DNA of 42,614 nucleotides from an uncultured Gammaproteobacteria bacterium (GTDB taxonomy: Bacteria > Patescibacteriota > Patescibacteriia > UBA9934 > GWF2-40-263): positions 1 to 42,614 of the forward strand of contig CAYRYG010000002.1 of assembly GCA_964428465.1 (NCBI GenBank), written 5' to 3'. The notes under the pieces were generated by a model. The model was not told the DNA's origin. It did not search any database and saw only the letters and a program-made list of their open reading frames with translations. Every line of letters starts with the position of its first letter. The first letter of the stretch is position 1. Made by a program: the position numbers and the translations under genes. Shown here in pieces: positions 38,710-42,614 of this stretch.

Positions 38710-39273
38710 TTGCGACGATTCGAACGCGGACACGTGGACGCGTACGTGTCAGACGACATCCTCGCCGAAGCCGTCGACGAGGCACGGGAGCTTCAAACCC
38801 CTCTCGTCGAGCGGATCTTCGAAATCATCTAGTCCGTCGAGCCGGTCTGTGAGCTGATCAACGGATCGCACCCGCTCGCGCGATACGCCGACGCGTACCG
38901 CGAATACCACGGGCTCCCGCGTATCGCCGTCCTGAACGCGCATGGGAACGGGACGGACGAATGGACGTTTTTGGATGGCGACCATCGTCGGCCCGTCCAG
39001 GACTGGATCCGGGAAACGGAACGCAGGCGCCGCGGGTACGGATGCATCGTCCTCTGCTCCTGCAATCCCGGCTCGCTCGACGCCCGCGCCTCGCGAGCGC
39101 TCGTCTTCCACCCGGACCGCATCATCGGCGGCGGAGCCGTGCAGGAAATCGACGGGTTCAGCTTCACGCTGGTGCACCCCGATGGGGAAGAGATCGACGA
39201 ATACACCTTCGAATACGAGACCGCACGGCTCTGGGAACGCATCGCCGCCCGCGCCGCCCGCCGCAACCACTGA
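38710..39273 (+). pseudogene. hypothetical ORF interrupted by a single in-frame TAG (38830-38832)
   Basis: GGAGGA-N7-TTG at 38710 opens MRRFERGHVDAYVSDDILAEAVDEARELQTPLVERIFEII*. The same frame stays open and protein-like (SVEPVCELINGSHPLARYADAYREYHGLPRIAVLNAHGNGTDEWTF...) to 39273. There is no ATG/GTG/TTG in frame until the TTG at 38971. Confidence 0.4.
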
Positions 39274-39404
39274 CGCCTCAAGGCGTCTTTTTCATGAAAT
39301 CTTGACGAATTTAGCCGGTTCGACTATCCTTTCCCTGTAATTCATTTGACGCCCGCCTGGGCTTGGGACTGGTCTCCCTCGACTCGGACGCGCGTGACAC
39401 GTCT

Positions 39405-39665
39405 ATGCTCGACCCCAAGAAGAAGCAAAAGATCATTGAGAAGTTCCGCACCCACGAGTCGGACACCGGTTCGCCGCAGGTGCAGATTGCCATTTTGTCG
39501 GCGGAAATCGAGGACCTCACGGAGCACTTGAAGCAGCACAAGAAGGACTTCTCGTCCCGCCGTGGTCTCATCAAGAAGGTCCACGAGCGCCATCGCCTCA
39601 TGAAGTATCTCGAACGCGAGGACGAAAAGGCGGCGAAGAAGCTCCAGGAAGATCTCGGATTGTAA
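39405..39665 (+). CDS. rpsO: 30S ribosomal protein S15
   Basis: MLDPKKKQKIIEKFRTHESDTGSPQVQIAILSAEIEDLTEHLKQHKKDFSSRRGLIKKVHERHRLMKYL.... Canonical S15, 86 aa. Confidence 0.93.
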   Translation: MLDPKKKQKIIEKFRTHESDTGSPQVQIAILSAEIEDLTEHLKQHKKDFSSRRGLIKKVHERHRLMKYLEREDEKAAKKLQEDLGL

Positions 39666-39670
39666 TTTTC

Positions 39671-39705
39671 GTACCCCGTCCTCGCAAAAGGGCGGGGTAC
39701 GTTTT
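39671..39705 (+). terminator. hairpin plus T-run after rpsO (terminator/attenuator)
   Basis: GTACCCCG...CGGGGTAC then GTTTT. It ends 7 nt before the next ATG. Confidence 0.55.
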
Positions 39706-39711
39706 CAAAAT

Positions 39712-40374
39712 ATGCTGAAGCATTTGGACCAGCGGGTCGGCGTTTTTATCGACACGCAGAACATGTATTACAGCGCCCGCTACCTGTTTGGCCGGCGCGT
39801 GAACTTCGGCCACATCGTCGAGGACGCGGTCGCGGGCCGCAAGCTCATCCGCGCCATGGCGTACGTGGTGAAGACCAAGACCCAGGACGAGACCCCGTTC
39901 TTCGAGGCGCTGAAGAAGCTCGGCATCGAGCTTCGCGAAAAGGAACTGATGGAGTATCTGTCCGGGCAGAAGAAGGCCGACTGGGACGTGGGGCTCGCCA
40001 TCGACGTCGTGCGCATGCTCGACATGCTTGACGTGGTCGTGCTCGTGACCGGCGACGGCGACTTCGTCCCGCTCATCGACTTCGCGAAATCGCGCGGCCG
40101 CATCGTCGAGGTGATGGCGTTCCGAGAGACCACCTCGTCCAAGCTCGTGGAGGCCACGGACGAGTACACCAACCTGTCCGACAACAAGCGCCGCTTCCTC
40201 ATCGGCCCGGCCCGCCGTCCGTCGGGCGCGGGGGCGCCGCGCGGGGGAGAGATCCTTGAGGAAAAGCCGGAAGAGGAGGAACATGTCGGTACGGCGGAGG
40301 AAACGAGCGGGTTCTTCATGCAGGCGCCGGGCGACAAGCAGGAGGAAAACCGCGGACGACGCATGGAATTTTAG
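39712..40374 (+). CDS. NYN-domain (LabA/DUF88-like, PIN-related) putative RNase with acidic/basic C-terminal tail
   Basis: 220 aa. RVGVFIDTQNMYYS, KKADWDVGLAIDV and VVVLVTGDGDFVPLI are the NYN acidic catalytic blocks. Confidence 0.82.
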   Translation: MLKHLDQRVGVFIDTQNMYYSARYLFGRRVNFGHIVEDAVAGRKLIRAMAYVVKTKTQDETPFFEALKKLGIELREKELMEYLSGQKKADWDVGLAIDVVRMLDMLDVVVLVTGDGDFVPLIDFAKSRGRIVEVMAFRETTSSKLVEATDEYTNLSDNKRRFLIGPARRPSGAGAPRGGEILEEKPEEEEHVGTAEETSGFFMQAPGDKQEENRGRRMEF

Positions 40375-40432
40375 TCCTTGGGGCCGTCGCGCCGTTCCGC
40401 GAACGACGCGATCCCCTAACGACCTAACCGTT

Positions 40433-40486
40433 CCTGTCGGGACCCAGAGAATTCGAGGAAACTCGAATCCTTCAGCCTCGACAGGG
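40433..40486 (+). promoter_or_regulatory. long irregular hairpin in the pnp 5' leader
   Basis: CCTGTCG...GAATTCGAG-gaaa-CTCGAATCC...CGACAGG, ending 9 nt before the pnp ATG. Confidence 0.45.
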
Positions 40487-40494
40487 ACCAACCT

Positions 40495-42614
40495 ATGCCA
40501 GAGACGAAGACGTTTTCCGTCCAGTGGGGCGGAAAGGACCTCACCATCGAGGTGGGGAAGTTCGCGAACCCGGCCAACGGCTCCTGCACGGTGCGCTACG
40601 GCGACACCGTCGTGCTCGCCACGGCCTGCATGAGCGAGAACGTGCGCGACGGGCTCGATTTCTTCCCGCTCCAGGTGGAGTATGAAGAGCGCTTTTACGC
40701 GGCCGGCCGCATCAAGGGCAGCCGCTTCATGAAGAAGGAGGGCCGCCCGACCGACGAGGCGATCCTCGTCGCGCGCTACATCGACCGCGCCATCCGCCCG
40801 CTGTTCGACGGCCGCATGCGCAACGACATCCAGGTGGTCGTCACCTGCCTGCAGTTCGACGGCGAGAACGACCCGGACGTGATCGGGCTCATCGGCGCGT
40901 CCTGCGCGCTGCACATCTCCGACATCCCGTGGGACGGCCCGATCGCGGACATCCGCGTGGGCCAGAACCCCGCCGGAGGCGGGTCCGGCTCTGCCGGAGG
41001 CGGCTTTGAGTGGACCATCAACCCGTCGTATGAGGCGCGCATGAAGTCCGCGCTCGACTTGTCGTTCGCCGGCACCTCGGAAACGGTGATCATGGTGGAG
41101 GCCGGGGCGAGCGAGGTGGACGAGAAGACCGTGCTCGACGCGTTCGCGTTCGGCCAGAAGCACCTCGCCGCGCCCGTGAAGCTCATCGAGGAGGTCCGCG
41201 CCGCGCTCGGGAAGACCAAGCGCGACATGGTGACCCCGAAGACGGACGAGGAGGCGGAGAAGGCCAAGAGGCGGGAAGGCGTCGAGGCGAAAGCGCGCCC
41301 GTTTGTCGCCCAGAAGGTCGCCGAGCTGTTCTTCGGCACGCCGCGCGCCACCAAGGTTGAGCGCGCCGCGCAAAAGGCCGAGCTCAAGAAGCTGACCGAG
41401 AAGTTCCTTCTCGCCGAGGGCGTCGAGCCCGCGGACGTGAAGTACGGCACGTCCATCATCTACGACGTGCTCGAGTCCGAGGTGTCGCGCATGATCCTCG
41501 ACGAGGACAAGCGCGTCGACGGCCGCGCGATCACGCAGATCCGCCCACTCCTCTCCGAGGTCGGCCTGTTCAACCGCCTGCACGGCTCCGGCCACTTCAT
41601 GCGCGGCGAGACGCAGGTGCTTTCCACGGTGACGCTCGGCGCGCCGGGCGACAAGCAGACGCTCGACTCGATGGAGTTCCAGGGGACCAAGAACTACTTC
41701 CACCACTACAACTTCCCCCCGTTCTCGGTCGGCGAATGCAAGCCGATGCGCGGGCCGGGACGCCGTGAGATCGGCCACGGCGCGCTCGCCGAGAAAGCGA
41801 TCCTCCCGATGCTGCCGGAGAAGGAGGCGTTCCCGTACACGATTCGCGTCGTGTCCGAGGTGCTTTCCTCGAACGGTTCCTCGTCGATGGGATCGACCTG
41901 CGGCTCCTCGCTCGCCCTCATGGACGCCGGCGTGCCGATCAAGGCCGCGGTGGCGGGCATTGCCATGGGCATCGCGACCGACGAGAAGGGCCGCTGGAAG
42001 GTGATCACCGACCTGCAGGACCTCGAGGACGGCGCGGGCGGCATGGACTTCAAGATCGCCGGCAGCCGCACGGGCATCACCGCGATCCAGATGGACACCA
42101 AGACCAAGGGGATCACGAAGGAGGTCGTCGAGCAGACGCTCAAGCAGGCGCTCATCGCCCGCCTCGAGATCCTCGACGTCATGGACAAGGCCATTGTCGC
42201 GCCGCGCGCCGAGCTCTCGCCGTTCGCGCCGCGCATCATCACGCTGCGCATCGACCCGGAATCCATCGGCGCGGTGATCGGCCCGGGAGGGAAGATGATC
42301 AACGAGATCATCGCCACGACCGGCGTCGGATCCATCGACATCGAGGACGACGGGCTGGTCATGATCACCTCGGTGAACGCGGAGGCCGCCCAGCAGGCGT
42401 TCGACTGGATCCGCAACCTCACGCGCAAGGCCGAGGTCGGCGAGCAGTTCAAGGGCAAGGTCACGCGTCTCATGGGATTCGGCGCGTTCGTCGAGTTCCT
42501 GCCGAAGCAGGAAGGGCTCGTGCACGTGAGCGAAATGGCCCCCTGGCGCGTTGGCGAACCGGGTGATATCGTCAAAGTAGGCCAGGAGGTGTTCGTGAAG
42601 GTCACGGAAATCGA
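40495..42614 (+). CDS. pnp: polyribonucleotide nucleotidyltransferase (PNPase), 3'-truncated by window edge
   Basis: Absent from the track because it runs off the window. My translation gives [44 protein letters not shown]...[23 protein letters not shown].... Later blocks are [24 protein letters not shown], the KH region, and the S1 domain ([27 protein letters not shown]) at the window end. Confidence 0.95.
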   Translation, partial: MPETKTFSVQWGGKDLTIEVGKFANPANGSCTVRYGDTVVLATACMSENVRDGLDFFPLQVEYEERFYAAGRIKGSRFMKKEGRPTDEAILVARYIDRAIRPLFDGRMRNDIQVVVTCLQFDGENDPDVIGLIGASCALHISDIPWDGPIADIRVGQNPAGGGSGSAGGGFEWTINPSYEARMKSALDLSFAGTSETVIMVEAGASEVDEKTVLDAFAFGQKHLAAPVKLIEEVRAALGKTKRDMVTPKTDEEAEKAKRREGVEAKARPFVAQKVAELFFGTPRATKVERAAQKAELKKLTEKFLLAEGVEPADVKYGTSIIYDVLESEVSRMILDEDKRVDGRAITQIRPLLSEVGLFNRLHGSGHFMRGETQVLSTVTLGAPGDKQTLDSMEFQGTKNYFHHYNFPPFSVGECKPMRGPGRREIGHGALAEKAILPMLPEKEAFPYTIRVVSEVLSSNGSSSMGSTCGSSLALMDAGVPIKAAVAGIAMGIATDEKGRWKVITDLQDLEDGAGGMDFKIAGSRTGITAIQMDTKTKGITKEVVEQTLKQALIARLEILDVMDKAIVAPRAELSPFAPRIITLRIDPESIGAVIGPGGKMINEIIATTGVGSIDIEDDGLVMITSVNAEAAQQAFDWIRNLTRKAEVGEQFKGKVTRLMGFGAFVEFLPKQEGLVHVSEMAPWRVGEPGDIVKVGQEVFVKVTEI

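Noticed and set aside
38749-39270. A 173-aa minus-strand ORF opposite the TAG-split ORF.
   Set aside because: Its composition is Gly/Ala/Asp/Val/Arg-rich, typical of an antisense frame. The promoter, SD and more natural sequence are all on the plus strand.

Overview
This is a GC-rich bacterial chromosomal segment with TTGACA-type promoters, Shine-Dalgarno-led genes and hairpin plus T-run terminators. The many small secreted proteins and lipoproteins and the compact housekeeping genes are reminiscent of streamlined (CPR/Patescibacteria-like) genomes, but taxonomy cannot be fixed from sequence alone. I can support about 45 protein genes and 5 tRNA genes.

Ordinary content, in order:
- a 3-gene secreted surface-protein cluster (1-2603, minus strand)
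- tRNA-Ala and tRNA-Arg in an AT-rich spacer
- rmuC, a KamA/EpmB-type radical-SAM aminomutase, rpsT
- an S51 peptidase, a DUF2156-like protein, an MsbA-like ABC exporter
- several membrane and lipoprotein genes, holA, pgeF, an HD hydrolase, polA
- a GerMN lipoprotein, tRNA-His, tRNA-Arg, a GNAT, a XerC/D-type recombinase, a DsbA-like protein
- rpsO-NYN-pnp

The stand-out is a ~10.6 kb minus-strand locus (about 16.5-27.1 kb) between holA and an aberrant tRNA. It encodes:
- a 288-aa HhH-like/Zn-ribbon protein
- a divergent RuvB-family AAA+ ATPase carrying the same N-terminal HhH-like module
- a JAB/MPN+ metalloprotease with an intact JAMM motif
- a minimal ThiF/E1-like enzyme
- a HeH(Rho_N-like)-linker-beta-grasp (ubiquitin-like) protein
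- two paralogous ~1000-aa proteins whose N-termini look like E2/UBC cores, followed by about ten small beta-barrel repeats. One keeps an HPN-Cys-like motif; the other lacks the Cys.

I read this as a ubiquitin-like conjugation system of the PRTRC/Bil/Cap2-Cap3 class, but with a composition I do not recognise from described types. All fold assignments are by eye and need profile or structure searches.

Other oddities:
- a non-canonical tRNA with an Ala-type acceptor stem and a non-Ala anticodon loop
- GC-rich palindromic elements inserted in frame in pgeF
- a heptanucleotide microsatellite inside holA
- two copies of a 24-bp palindrome flanking the tRNAs
- an ORF split by a single in-frame TAG
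- a NYN-domain gene inserted between rpsO and pnp
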